A program made the position numbers and the translations under genes. This document shows, in pieces, positions 37,670 through 49,808 of a DNA stretch of 64,000 nucleotides. Position 1 is the stretch's first letter. Each line of letters opens with the position of its first letter. The notes below the pieces were generated by a model that saw only the letters and a list, made by a program, of their open reading frames with translations, was not told the DNA's origin and searched no databases. The stretch lies in NCBI GenBank assembly GCA_963749075.1, contig CAVVLJ010000017.1:960001-1024000 (forward strand), read 5' to 3'. The stretch comes from an uncultured Pseudomonadota bacterium (GTDB lineage: Bacteria; Pseudomonadota; Alphaproteobacteria; JACZXZ01).

Positions 37670-38791
37670 ATGATCCCCCGCCCGCCGGCCGAGATCGGCA
37701 TGCAGCTCGCCGAGGTGGAGACGCCCGCCCTCCTCGTCGATCTCGAGGCCCTCGAGCGCAACCTCCGCCGCTTGGCCGCGCGGGCGGCTGAGCTCGGCGT
37801 GAGGCTCAGGCCCCACGCGAAGACCCACAAGACCGCGGCGATCGCACGGCGGCAGGTGGCGCTCGGCGCCGTCGGCGTCTGCTGCCAGACCGTGCGAGAG
37901 GCCGAGGCCATGGTCGCGGGCGGCATTGCCGACGTGCTGGTGTCGAACGAGGTGGTGGGCCGCGGCAAGCTCGCGCGGCTTGCCGCCCTTGCCCGCGAGG
38001 CGCGGATCGCCGTCGCGGTCGACGACGCGGAGAACGTGGCGGCCTTGGCCGATGCCGCGCAAAGCTACGGCGCAATCATCGACGTGCTCGTCGAGGTCAA
38101 CGTCGGCGGCAACCGCTGCGGCGTCGAGCCGGGCGAGGCGGCGGCAGCACTTGCCGAGCGCGTGGCGCGGGCGCCGGCCTTGCGCTTTCGCGGCCTCCAG
38201 GCCTATCACGGCTCGGCCCAGCACCTGCGCAGCCATGGCGAGAGGCGGGCGGCGATCGCCTCCGCAGCGGAGAAGACGCGGGCCACGGTCGAGCTCCTCC
38301 GGGGCCGCGGCCTCGCTTGCGCGGACGTGGCGGGCGCCGGCACGGGGACTTACGACTTCGAGGCGGCGAGCGGCGTCTATACCGAGCTCCAGGCCGGCTC
38401 CTATGCCTTCATGGACGCCGACTATGCGCGCAACCTGGATGCCGAGGGCAAGCCCGTCGCCGAGTTCGAACACGCCCTCTTCGTCTATGCCACGGTGGTG
38501 AGCCGGCCTGCCGAGGAGCGCGCCGTGCTCGACGCCGGGCTCAAGGCGCTCGCCGTCGATTCCGGCATGCCGCGGCTCGCCGACAGGGACGACGCGGACT
38601 ATGTGCGCGCCTCGGACGAGCATGGCGTGCTGAAGCTGGCGCCGGGCAACCGTCCGCTCCTCGTCGGCGATAAGCTGCGCCTCATCCCCGGGCATTGCGA
38701 CCCGACGGTCAACCTTTACGACTGCTACGTGGGCTATCGCGGCCGGCGCGTGGAGGCGCTGTGGCCGATCGCCCGCGGGCCCGGCACGTGA
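37670..38791 (+). CDS. DSD1-family fold-type III PLP enzyme (D-threonine aldolase-like)
   Basis: TPALLVDL, RPHAKTHK, RCGV, QAYHG, GTGT, ELQAGSY, SDEHG, PGHCDPTVNL. Confidence 0.88.
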   Translation: MIPRPPAEIGMQLAEVETPALLVDLEALERNLRRLAARAAELGVRLRPHAKTHKTAAIARRQVALGAVGVCCQTVREAEAMVAGGIADVLVSNEVVGRGKLARLAALAREARIAVAVDDAENVAALADAAQSYGAIIDVLVEVNVGGNRCGVEPGEAAAALAERVARAPALRFRGLQAYHGSAQHLRSHGERRAAIASAAEKTRATVELLRGRGLACADVAGAGTGTYDFEAASGVYTELQAGSYAFMDADYARNLDAEGKPVAEFEHALFVYATVVSRPAEERAVLDAGLKALAVDSGMPRLADRDDADYVRASDEHGVLKLAPGNRPLLVGDKLRLIPGHCDPTVNLYDCYVGYRGRRVEALWPIARGPGT

Positions 38792-38915
38792 GCGCCGCCC
38801 GCCGCCCGCCCGCGGCGCTGCCGAGCGTTGCCGCCGCGTTGCGCTACCGTTATCCTCGCGTTCCGGCGGCTGCCTCGCCGAGCCATGCGGCGCCCGGCAT
38901 GCGGGAGCAGGAGAG

Positions 38916-40361
38916 ATGAGGACAGACGCAAACAAGAGGCGGTTGCTGATAGCGCTGCTCGCGGCCTTCCTCGGGATCGCCTTCCTGGCGACGGCGCTCT
39001 TGAGCTTCGTGGTCTCCCGCCACGAGATGCGCGCCTCGATCGTCTCCGACGAGCTGCCGCTCACCTCCGACACGATCTACTCGGAGATCCAGCGCGACCT
39101 CATCCGCCCGATCTTCATCTCGTCCATGATGGCGAACGACACCTTCCTGCGCGACTGGGTGCTGGGAGGCGAGAAGGACGTCGGCCAGATGTCCAAGTAC
39201 CTCGCCGAGATCAAGGCGAGGTACAACGTCATCAGCTCCTTCTTCATCTCCGAGGCCACGCGCAAATACTATTACGCGGACGGCATCCTCAAGACGGTGT
39301 CGGAGAGCGAGCCGCGCGACGTGTGGTACTTCCGCGTCCGCAAGATGTCGGCACCCTACGAGCTCAACGTCGACATCGACATGGCCAACCGCGACGCGCT
39401 CACCATCTTCATCAATTACCGCGTCCTCGATTACCAGGGCCGCTTCATCGGCACCGCCGGCGTGGGGCTCACGGTCAACGCGGTGCGCCAGCTCATCGAT
39501 CGCTACGAGCACAGTTTCGGCCGCAACATCTATTTCGTCGACGCCAAGGGGAACGTGACGGTCTCCGGCGAAGGCGGCAGCGCGCCCGCCAACATCCACG
39601 CCGTCGAGGGTCTGGGAGCGCTCGCCGGCGCGGCACTCAACGAGAAGGGCGGCTCGTTCGAATACAGCCGCGACGGCCGCACCCATCTCCTGAACGTGCG
39701 CTACATCCCGGAGCTCAAGTGGTACGTCTTCGTCGAGAAGGTCGAGGACGAGGCGATCGCCGGCATCCGCCGCACGCTCTACGCCAATCTGTTGATCGCC
39801 CTCGTGGTCACCGGCATCGTGGTGACGGTGGTGTCGCTCACCGTCAACCGCTTCCAGCGCCGCCTCGAGCTCATGGCGACCACCGACAAGCTCACGGGCC
39901 TGGCGAACCGCCAGGCCTGCGAGATCCTCATGCACCAGGCGATCAAGGAGGCGCGGCGCTCGCGCGAGCCGCTCTCGCTCATCATGCTCGACATCGATCA
40001 CTTCAAGGACATCAACGACCGCTTCGGGCACCTGGAGGGAGACCGCGTGATCAAGGCCGTGGCCAACAAATCGCTCGCGGGCCTGCGCGACTCCGACACC
40101 GCCTGCCGCTGGGGCGGCGAGGAGCTTCTCCTCGTCCTGCGCAAATGCAACGAGGACAATGCGCTCACGCTCGCAGAGCGCATCCGCGCCAACATCGAGG
40201 GCGGCTTCCTGGATGCGGGCGGAGAGCGCGTGCGGGTGACCGTGAGCCTGGGCATCGCCGAGCTCGAGGACGCCGACAGCGGGGACAGCCTGCTCTCCCG
40301 CACCGACCGCGCCCTCTACGCGGCGAAACGCGCCGGCCGCAACCGCGCGGTCGCCGCCTGA
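38916..40361 (+). CDS. Cache-sensor diguanylate cyclase
   Basis: Two TM helices flanking a periplasmic domain; DKLTGLANR, DIDHFK.IND, RDSD I-site, RWGGEE. Confidence 0.9.
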   Translation: MRTDANKRRLLIALLAAFLGIAFLATALLSFVVSRHEMRASIVSDELPLTSDTIYSEIQRDLIRPIFISSMMANDTFLRDWVLGGEKDVGQMSKYLAEIKARYNVISSFFISEATRKYYYADGILKTVSESEPRDVWYFRVRKMSAPYELNVDIDMANRDALTIFINYRVLDYQGRFIGTAGVGLTVNAVRQLIDRYEHSFGRNIYFVDAKGNVTVSGEGGSAPANIHAVEGLGALAGAALNEKGGSFEYSRDGRTHLLNVRYIPELKWYVFVEKVEDEAIAGIRRTLYANLLIALVVTGIVVTVVSLTVNRFQRRLELMATTDKLTGLANRQACEILMHQAIKEARRSREPLSLIMLDIDHFKDINDRFGHLEGDRVIKAVANKSLAGLRDSDTACRWGGEELLLVLRKCNEDNALTLAERIRANIEGGFLDAGGERVRVTVSLGIAELEDADSGDSLLSRTDRALYAAKRAGRNRAVAA

Positions 40362-40363
40362 GG

Positions 40364-41278
40364 CTAGGGGGGCCCCGCCTCGCGGGCGACGAAGAGGTGC
40401 TGCAGCTCCTCGCGCGCGGCGAGGCCCGCCGCGAGATCCCAGCAATTCACGATGGCGAGCCGGAAGCCGCCCGGCGGCATGGCGTGATGCTCGGGGTCCT
40501 TCTCCTCCTCGAAGGTGATCTGGATCGACGAGATGGCGGGCCGCAGCAGGAGGCGCTCGGCGGCGCTGCGCTCGATTGCCCAGCGCACCTCGTGCGCGCC
40601 GAACAAGACGACGCTGTAGCCCTCGCGGCGCACGTCGGCGAAGCGCCAGGCCTTGCGCTCATAGAGCTCGACCACGGCCGCGAGCCAGCCGGGCCCGTTC
40701 AAGTCGAGCCACTGCTCCGCCATGCGCAGGTGGCACTCGATGATGCGGCCGCCGATGGTCTCGAAATTGACGACGCCGGTGAAGCCGCCGAGATGGCGGG
40801 CCGTCCAGCCGCCGAGATAGCCCTCGAGCGCGCCGTCGGGCTCCGCGTGCACGGTCCAATAGTCGAAGGTGCCCTCGGGGCCGGGCTTGCCGGTGGTGTG
40901 CCGCCACCAGCGCGGCACGCCCTCGAGGATCGCCGCGTCCGTCGAGACGTGCGGCCCGGTCATGTAGGGCATCCACAGGTGGCCCGGCTCGAGGCCTGCC
41001 AAGTACTCCTCCTCCGAGCGCACCACGCGGCCGCCCGTGCCCATGCCGCGCATGTTGTAGATGGGCTTGGAGAAGACGGGATAGCTCCCGGGCAGCGTGC
41101 CGTGCGGACCGTGCGGCAGGCCCTGGGTCTCCGAGATGAGAAGCTTGTTGTAGACCCAGCGCTGCGCCGGATAGAGCTCCCAGGCGGTCGCGTCGTCGAT
41201 CGGGATGATGACGCCGTCCGCGACCGGCTGCGCCGCGAAATATTGCCAGCGCCAGGGATCGACACCGAGGAATGGCAT
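40364..41278 (-). CDS. Hypothetical ATP-grasp-like protein
   Basis: YNKL, PVFSKPIYNMRGMG, LWMPY..G.H.STD, VNFETIGGRIIECHLR resemble ATP-grasp motifs. Confidence 0.65.
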   Translation of the reverse strand: MPFLGVDPWRWQYFAAQPVADGVIIPIDDATAWELYPAQRWVYNKLLISETQGLPHGPHGTLPGSYPVFSKPIYNMRGMGTGGRVVRSEEEYLAGLEPGHLWMPYMTGPHVSTDAAILEGVPRWWRHTTGKPGPEGTFDYWTVHAEPDGALEGYLGGWTARHLGGFTGVVNFETIGGRIIECHLRMAEQWLDLNGPGWLAAVVELYERKAWRFADVRREGYSVVLFGAHEVRWAIERSAAERLLLRPAISSIQITFEEEKDPEHHAMPPGGFRLAIVNCWDLAAGLAAREELQHLFVAREAGPP

Positions 41279-41391
41279 GGCGCCATCCTGCCAAATCGCG
41301 GCGCGCGCGGAAAGGGGCCGCGGACTATGGCGCGCGGGCGGGGACGGCGGTATATGCTGAGCCGGCTTGGCAGCCGATGGGGAGGAGCGCC

Positions 41392-41841
41392 ATGGCGGAA
41401 TGGGTCGAGACCTTCAAGGGCGCCGTTCTCACGGCCGAGTACGATTCCGAGTCGCACATGAATTCGCAGATTTACGTCGGGCGCTTCGACCAGGCGACCT
41501 GGTTTCTCCTGAGCACGATCGGCATCACGCCGCGCGCGATGAAGAAGGCCGGCCGGCGCATCGCGGTGGTGCGCCAGGCCTATCAGTTCGTGCACGAGCT
41601 CAAGGGCGGCGAGCTCGTCCTCGTCGAGAGCGGCTTCGTCGCCGTGGGGCGCAAGTTCTTCCGCTTCCTCCACCGCATGCGCGACGCCGAGACGGGCGAG
41701 CTCGTGGCCACGAGCGATGCGACGGCCGTCGAGGCGAGTCTCGCCTCGGGGAAATCGGTTCCGCTCCCGGCCGCCCAGCGCAAGCTTGCCGAGGAGCGCC
41801 TCGTCACCGCCAACGTGGCGAAGGAGCAGGGGCTGGCGTGA
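41392..41841 (+). CDS. Acyl-CoA thioesterase (hotdog fold)
   Basis: EYDSESHMNSQIYV..FDQA, ELKGGE. Confidence 0.8.
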   Translation: MAEWVETFKGAVLTAEYDSESHMNSQIYVGRFDQATWFLLSTIGITPRAMKKAGRRIAVVRQAYQFVHELKGGELVLVESGFVAVGRKFFRFLHRMRDAETGELVATSDATAVEASLASGKSVPLPAAQRKLAEERLVTANVAKEQGLA

Positions 41842-41853
41842 GGGACGGGAGCA

Positions 41854-42495
41854 CTAGCGCCTGAGGATGAACTCCTCCGGCGCCTGCCGCTCCTCCCATC
41901 CCGCGCGCTCGAGGGCCGGCACCTCGTCCTCGACCTGCGGATAGCCGATGCAGAGGTAGCCGATGAAGCGCCAGCCGGCGGGCACCTCGAGCACGGCCGC
42001 GATGCGCCCGGGATCGAGGATCGAGACCCAGCCGAGGCCGAGACCCTCGGCGCGCGCCGCGAGCCACATGGTGTGGATCGCCATCACCGCGGAATATTCG
42101 CTCATCTCGGGCATGGTGCGGCGGCCGAGGCCGTGGCCTTGCGCCGTCTCTCGGTCGGCGAAGACGGCAAGCTGGATGGGCGCCTCGTCCAATCCCGCGA
42201 GCTTGAGCGTGGCATAGAGCTTGGCCCGCTCGCCCCCGTAGGCGCCGAGCGCTTCTTGATTGCAGGCCGTGAAATTCTCGCGCACCGCGCGGCGGCGTGC
42301 AGGGTCCTCGACGATGACGAAGCGCCAGGGCTGGCTCAGGCCCACCGAGGGCGCGCGGCTGGCGAGCGCGATGAGGCGCTCGAGCGTGCCCGCGGGCGGC
42401 GGCGCCCCGCGAAAGCGCCGCACGTCGCGCCGCCAGGCAAGGAGCTCGGAGAGCTGCGCGCGGAAGGCCTCGTCGAAGCGCGGGGCATGCTTCAT
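41854..42495 (-). CDS. bluB: 5,6-dimethylbenzimidazole synthase
   Basis: WRRDVRRF, APSVGLSQPWRF, LKLAGL, LGRRTMPE, WLAARAEGLGLGWVS. Confidence 0.93.
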   Translation of the reverse strand: MKHAPRFDEAFRAQLSELLAWRRDVRRFRGAPPPAGTLERLIALASRAPSVGLSQPWRFVIVEDPARRRAVRENFTACNQEALGAYGGERAKLYATLKLAGLDEAPIQLAVFADRETAQGHGLGRRTMPEMSEYSAVMAIHTMWLAARAEGLGLGWVSILDPGRIAAVLEVPAGWRFIGYLCIGYPQVEDEVPALERAGWEERQAPEEFILRR

Positions 42496-42502
42496 GAAGG
42501 CT

Positions 42503-42604
42503 CACCCCCTCCCCCAACCCTCCCCCTTCGAGGGGGAGGGGGAACTTAGCGAGCCTGACAACCTCTTCCCTCCCCCGTTGAGGGGGAGGGTAGGGTGGGG
42601 GGTG
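42503..42604. repeat. Family A REP-like inverted pair
   Basis: caccccctcccccaaccctcccccttcgagggggagggg and ccctcccccgttgagggggagggtagggtggggggtg; fills the thiC-bluB gap. Confidence 0.8.
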
Positions 42605-42620
42605 GGTCAAGCTCCACCGC

Positions 42621-44692
<2,072 letters not shown>

Positions 44693-44764
44693 GCACTAAG
44701 GTTGGACCGGGAACGGGCAAAGGTCAAGGGCAGTCCGGTCCGATCGCTCGGACGGGCCAGAGCG

Positions 44765-46192
44765 CTAGAAGTCCCCGAGGCCGCGCGCGGCGTGGACGAA
44801 CCTCGCAGCAAAACGCGCGGCAAAGCCGGTCGGCGGCGGAGCCGGGGGCGGCGCTTCGGCGGGCGTGGCAATTTCGCGCATGAGGTTGCGGATGAATTTC
44901 GCGTAGCTGTCCTTCCCGATGGTACGCACCACGTTGCGCAAACCCTCGGACTTGAGCCTGAAGTCGGCGACCCCCGCGATCTCCTCGATGAGTGCAACGC
45001 TTTGCGTGGCTCCGAGCGCTTCGAACGCCGCGTCGACCACCTGCTGCACGGCCGCCCGCGCGGCGTCGCGCGCAGCATAGGCGGCGTGGCCCGCGGGGGT
45101 TTCAGCCAACAGCGCTTTGGCCGCATCCAGGCGCGACTTGGCCCGGCAGAAGTCGAGAGCCGCCTGCTGCACGCTCGTCGCTTGCTCGCCGAGCGCCCTC
45201 GCGGTGTCGATGATATTGGAGGCACCCACCCAACCGAAAGGCCTCAGCGAGATGAGCGTCGGGCCGAAATAGCCCCACGCGATGGCTTGGTCGACGAGTG
45301 CCACGACGAACGCGAAATCGAAACCGGTGCGCATGCTGAGCTGAACGGGGTCGACTTCGGTCAGCTGCCGAAACGTCGTGATGCCCTGCTCCTGAAAGCG
45401 CGCCGCGATATCGGAATCGACGCCGGGCAGATTGACGATCTTGTCGGCGGCCTCTCGCGGCGACTCGGTGATATTGAGCGTCTTGGCCGCTCCCGCGCGC
45501 AGCCAGGACAGGATGTCCGCGATGGGCAGCATGGTGATCACGAAGGCAATGAGAATGCCCTTGTCCTTGTCGAGCACGGCCACCGCGTGCCCCATCATCG
45601 GCGAGATCAGCAGACGCAGAGAATAGTAATTGAGATCCCACGGCAGCAGCGTGAGCGAGGCCACGCGGCCGATCAGACTGAGCCCGATCCACAAATATGC
45701 GCCTGCGATCGCCGCAACGGTCAAAGACAGATTGTCCTGCCCGGCCGCTTGGGCCGCGACTGCCACCGTCGCACCCGAGGTATCGAGTATCTTCGAGAGC
45801 TCGGCTGCCGCGAAATTCGTCACAAGCGTACCGTCCTCGGCGAGGATGGCGGCAAAGATCGCCAGCGGCACGGCAAAGGAAATCCAGCCGAAACGCTTGC
45901 TGTAGAGATCGCGCAGGCCCTCCTTGAGCCGCTGCGACGCCTCCAAGGTTTCCGCCGAATTCGGGTCCCGATCCTGCTTGAAACGGTAATCCCGCGACAG
46001 CGAGCCGTAGGTGCTGTTGCCGCCCCAAAATTGGTCGAAATACTGGGCGATCGCAGTCGGCGTGAAATATCCCAGAATCATCCGCCGCCGATAGCGCCGG
46101 CCCCACAGGAGATAGCCGGCGGCCGGAACCACGACGATCGCCTCGAGCGAAACAAGAAGCAGCATGGTGATGTGGTTGGCAATGAAGATCAT
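44765..46192 (-). CDS. Hypothetical multi-TM protein with an HhH-like segment (475 aa)
   Basis: SD GGGGAG; several hydrophobic helices; LPGVDSDIAARFQEQGITTFRQLTEVDP; more A/T-ending codons than neighbours. Confidence 0.75.
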   Translation of the reverse strand: MIFIANHITMLLLVSLEAIVVVPAAGYLLWGRRYRRRMILGYFTPTAIAQYFDQFWGGNSTYGSLSRDYRFKQDRDPNSAETLEASQRLKEGLRDLYSKRFGWISFAVPLAIFAAILAEDGTLVTNFAAAELSKILDTSGATVAVAAQAAGQDNLSLTVAAIAGAYLWIGLSLIGRVASLTLLPWDLNYYSLRLLISPMMGHAVAVLDKDKGILIAFVITMLPIADILSWLRAGAAKTLNITESPREAADKIVNLPGVDSDIAARFQEQGITTFRQLTEVDPVQLSMRTGFDFAFVVALVDQAIAWGYFGPTLISLRPFGWVGASNIIDTARALGEQATSVQQAALDFCRAKSRLDAAKALLAETPAGHAAYAARDAARAAVQQVVDAAFEALGATQSVALIEEIAGVADFRLKSEGLRNVVRTIGKDSYAKFIRNLMREIATPAEAPPPAPPPTGFAARFAARFVHAARGLGDF

Positions 46193-46374
46193 GCTTCTCC
46201 CCCTGCCATGCCGACGCCTATCGTCCGTCTCCGCCGGGATGCCGTGCGGGCGGCGCCGCGACCTGCAAGGGTCGATCCTAACCGAACTGCCCTCGCACAC
46301 GCCAGACGAGAAAAAGTCGACAATGTCAGCGAACCGCCGGCTCGGCTGCGCAAGCGCGGCTTCAGGGTGCGCCC

Positions 46375-47364
46375 TCAGAGCCGTGCCATGGCCGCGGCGC
46401 CGGCGGCCAGCGCAACGGCAACCCAGAGCAGCATGCAGGCGATGCGGTAGAGCGAGAGCGCCCTCCCGATGTCCGCGGCACCCGCGTTGGCGCGGCCGTT
46501 GCCCATCCAGGCGTCCTCGATGGAGAGGCCGCCGTAGCTGCGCGGGCCGGCGAGGCGGAGGCCAAGGGCGCCCGCCATGGCGGCCTCGGGCCAGCCGGCG
46601 TTGGGCGAGCGGTGGCGGCGGGCATAGCACCACACGGCACGCCAGGCGGCAGCCCCATCGCCGCCCGGCACCAAGCAGGCCGCGAGCGTCAGAAGCGCCG
46701 CCGCGAGGCGCGAGGCCGGCAGGTTGACCAGATCGTCGAGCCTTGCCGCGGCCCAGCCGAAGGCGCCGTGCCGCGGCGTCAGATGGCCGAGCATGCTGTC
46801 CGCCGTATTGACCGCCTTGTAGACGGCGACGCCCGGCAGCCCGCAAAGGGCGAGCCAGAAGGCAGGCGCCACCACGCCGTCCGAGAAGTTCTCGGCCAGG
46901 CTCTCGATGGCGGCGCGCGCGACGGCCTGCGCGTCGAGCGCCTCGGGATCGCGGCCCACGATCTCGACGACGGCACGGCGCGCCCCTGCGAGGTCGCCGG
47001 CCTCGAGCGCCTTGGCCACCGCGGCGACGTGCGCGAAGAGGCTCTCTTGGGCGAAGAGGCTCGCGGCGAGGACCGCCTCCACGAGCCAGCCCAAGGGCAG
47101 CGCGCGGGCGAGCTCCGCGATGGCCGCCGCCGCGGCGCCCGAGACGAGGATAACCAATGCCAGGCTCGCGGCCCCGAGCGTACGGCGCACGCCGTCCCCC
47201 CATTCCGCCCGGTTGAGCTCGCGGTCGAGTGCCGCGATCAGGGCACCCATCCAGACGACCGGATGCGCGATGGCGCGATAGAGGGGTGCGGGGTAGCCGA
47301 AGGCCGCCTCGGCGAGGAGGGCCAGGAGCAGGATGCGGAAATCGAGCGGGTCGAGGAGCGTCAT
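46375..47364 (-). CDS. cobD: Adenosylcobinamide-phosphate synthase CobD/CbiB
   Basis: HPVVWMG, IVGRD, ESLAENFSDGVVAP, YKAVNTADSMLG, HRSPNAGWPEAAMAGAL. Confidence 0.95.
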   Translation of the reverse strand: MTLLDPLDFRILLLALLAEAAFGYPAPLYRAIAHPVVWMGALIAALDRELNRAEWGDGVRRTLGAASLALVILVSGAAAAAIAELARALPLGWLVEAVLAASLFAQESLFAHVAAVAKALEAGDLAGARRAVVEIVGRDPEALDAQAVARAAIESLAENFSDGVVAPAFWLALCGLPGVAVYKAVNTADSMLGHLTPRHGAFGWAAARLDDLVNLPASRLAAALLTLAACLVPGGDGAAAWRAVWCYARRHRSPNAGWPEAAMAGALGLRLAGPRSYGGLSIEDAWMGNGRANAGAADIGRALSLYRIACMLLWVAVALAAGAAAMARL

Positions 47365-47425
47365 TTTGGCCTGCCGAGCGCTCCTGCCATGCTACACTTG
47401 ATGATCCGTGATAACGACTGCCGCG

Positions 47426-48502
47426 ATGCAAGAACGCGAACCCCCGCTCAGCGCAATGCCCGCTCCGCCGCCGCTCTGCCACGGCGGCGATTTGGCGCGC
47501 GTCGCAGCGGAGCCCGGCGCCTTTACCGGCCCCTGGCTCGATCTGAGCACCGGCATCAATCCCTGGCCCTATCCGGCCGGGCGCGTCCCCGACAAGCTCT
47601 GGGCGCGGCTGCCGGGTGCGGCGCTCGAGGCGGCGCTGCGCCGGACCGCCGCCGCCTATTACGGAGCTCCCGACGCCGATTGCCTCGTCCCCGCCCCGGG
47701 CTCCCAGGCGCTCATCCAGTGGCTGCCGCGCTTGCGCGCGCGCGCGCGGGTCGCCGTGCTGGGGCCGGCCTACGGCGAGCACGCCGCGCAATGGTCGGCC
47801 GCCGGCCACGCGGTGGCCGAGGTGCGCGAGCTCGCGGCCATCGACCCCCGGCACGTCGAGGTGGCGGTCGTGGCCAACCCGAACAACCCCGACGGCCGCC
47901 TCTTGGCGCCCGCCGCGCTGCTGCGGCTCGCGGAGCGCCTTGCCGCGCGCGGCGGCTGGCTCGTGGTCGACGAGGCCTTTGCGGACATGACACCCGAGGC
48001 GAGCCTTGCCGGCGAAGCGACGCGGCCCGGCCTCGTCGTGCTGCGCTCCTTCGGCAAGTTCTTCGGGCTAGCCGGCCTGCGCCTCGGCTTTGCCCTCGCC
48101 GGCCCGCCGCTCGCCGGGCTGCTGCGCCAGGCGCTCGGTCCCTGGCCGGTGAGCGGCCCGGCCCTGTGGATCGCCACGGACGCCTTCGCCGACCGGGACT
48201 GGACCGTGGCGACGCGCCGCCGCCTCGCCGAGGCGGCACGGGCGCTCGACGCACTCCTCGCTGGCGCCGGCCTCGAGGTCGCCGGCGGCACCGACCTCTT
48301 CCGCCTGGCAGCGCACCCCGCGGCGCAGCGCGTCTATCGCAGCTTGCTGCGCCACGGCATCTACGTGCGCCACTTCGCCGAGGCGGAGAGATGGCTGCGC
48401 TTCGGCCTGCCGGCCGACGATCGCGGCTGCCGCCGCCTCGAGCGGGCACTCGCGGAGGCGCTCCCGGCGCTGCCTGTGGCAGCCGCGGCCTCCCGTGTCT
48501 GA
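47426..48502 (+). CDS. cobC: Threonine-phosphate decarboxylase (CobC in P. denitrificans naming)
   Basis: [43 protein letters not shown]; start could be 47456. Confidence 0.92.
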   Translation: MQEREPPLSAMPAPPPLCHGGDLARVAAEPGAFTGPWLDLSTGINPWPYPAGRVPDKLWARLPGAALEAALRRTAAAYYGAPDADCLVPAPGSQALIQWLPRLRARARVAVLGPAYGEHAAQWSAAGHAVAEVRELAAIDPRHVEVAVVANPNNPDGRLLAPAALLRLAERLAARGGWLVVDEAFADMTPEASLAGEATRPGLVVLRSFGKFFGLAGLRLGFALAGPPLAGLLRQALGPWPVSGPALWIATDAFADRDWTVATRRRLAEAARALDALLAGAGLEVAGGTDLFRLAAHPAAQRVYRSLLRHGIYVRHFAEAERWLRFGLPADDRGCRRLERALAEALPALPVAAAASRV

Positions 48503-49544
48503 GGCCGCAGCACCCCCGGCGGCTTTTGCGACGCTCGCCCAATTCCGCGCCCGCGTCGCCGCCTTCCCCGCCGCCGATGCGGCCGCGGCCGAGGCGGCGC
48601 GCGCGCGCGAGCGCCAGCTCACCAAGCCCGCGGGAGCGCTGGGGCGCCTCGAGGAGCTCGTGGTCTGGCTCGCGGCTTGGCAGGGGCGCCACCCGCCGAG
48701 CGCCGAGCGCCCGCTCTGCCTCGTCTTTGCCGGCAACCATGGTGTGGTAGCGCGCGGGGTCTCGGCCTTCCCCTCCGCCGTCACGCAGCAGATGGTGGCG
48801 AACTTCGCGGCAGGCGGTGCTGCCATCAACCAGCTCTGCAAGGCCTATGGCGCCGCCCTCGAGGTGATCCCCCTCGAGCTCGAGCGGCCGGCCGCCGACT
48901 TCACCGCCGGGCCGGCGCTGAGCGAGGCCGAGTGTGCTAAGGCACTTCTGGTGGGCTGGCGCGCGGTCAAGGCGGGCTCGGACGTGCTGCTGGTGGGCGA
49001 GATGGGCATCGGCAACACGAGCGCTGCGGCGGCCCTCGCCGCGGCGCTTTTCGGCGGCACCGGCGCCGATTGGGCAGGACCCGGCACCGGGCTCGACGCC
49101 GCGGGCGTCGCGCGCAAGGCCGAGGTGGTAGACGAGGCGCTCCGCCTGCATGGTGCGGCACTCGCCGACCCGCTCGAAGCGCTTCGCCGCCTCGGCGGAC
49201 GCGAGCTCGCCGCCGTCTGCGGCGCCGTCGCCGCGGCGCGCATGGCGCGCATCCCGGTCATCCTCGACGGCTTCGTCGCGACCGCCGCGGCCGCACCGCT
49301 CGCCAGGCTCGCGCCCGGCGCACTCGGCCATTGCATAGCCGGGCATGTATCCGCGGAGCCCGGGCACCGCCGCCTCTTGGCCGCACTCGGCAAGGAGCCG
49401 CTCCTCTCCCTCGGCATGCGCTTGGGCGAGGCCTCGGGCGCCGCCATCGCACTCGCCGTGCTCAAGGGCGCCACAGCCTGCCACCGCGGCATGGCCACCT
49501 TCGCCGAGGCCGGCGTGAGCGGGAAAACTCCCTCTCCCGCTTAA
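48495..49544 (+). CDS. cobT: Nicotinate-nucleotide:dimethylbenzimidazole phosphoribosyltransferase
   Basis: [51 protein letters not shown]. Confidence 0.95.
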   Translation: MSEAAAPPAAFATLAQFRARVAAFPAADAAAAEAARARERQLTKPAGALGRLEELVVWLAAWQGRHPPSAERPLCLVFAGNHGVVARGVSAFPSAVTQQMVANFAAGGAAINQLCKAYGAALEVIPLELERPAADFTAGPALSEAECAKALLVGWRAVKAGSDVLLVGEMGIGNTSAAAALAAALFGGTGADWAGPGTGLDAAGVARKAEVVDEALRLHGAALADPLEALRRLGGRELAAVCGAVAAARMARIPVILDGFVATAAAAPLARLAPGALGHCIAGHVSAEPGHRRLLAALGKEPLLSLGMRLGEASGAAIALAVLKGATACHRGMATFAEAGVSGKTPSPA

Positions 49545-49563
49545 GCCTCGATGACGCACGCAT

Positions 49564-49724
49564 CTCGAGGAGGCTTGCGGGGCCACCTGGGGTCCTTCGA
49601 GACGCGCCCCTTCAGGGCGCTCCTCAGGATGAGGCGAAATTGTGTGTGGCAGAAAGACTTTACCTCACCCTGAGGAGCGAGCGGAGCGAGCGTCTCGAAG
49701 GACCCACGGCAGCCGGTCCGAGGC
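49564..49724. repeat. REP-like element (family B, CCTTCGAGACG...CCTGAGGAGCG...CGTCTCGAAGG)
   Basis: Long inverted pair 49590-49705; flanks and internal spacer shared with the 53098 copy. Confidence 0.85.
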
Positions 49725-49808
49725 ACCTTTGGACAGCACAGCATCACGATTTGGCGGTGATCTTCGGATTTGTGTGTATCAATTAGCTGCTTAAATGAGA
49801 GGAAAAAT

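Noticed and set aside
44765-47854. 1029-aa ORF from the track
   Set aside because: Only 44765-46192 looks protein-like; the upstream part is an off-frame shadow of cobD and antisense to cobC in GC-rich DNA.
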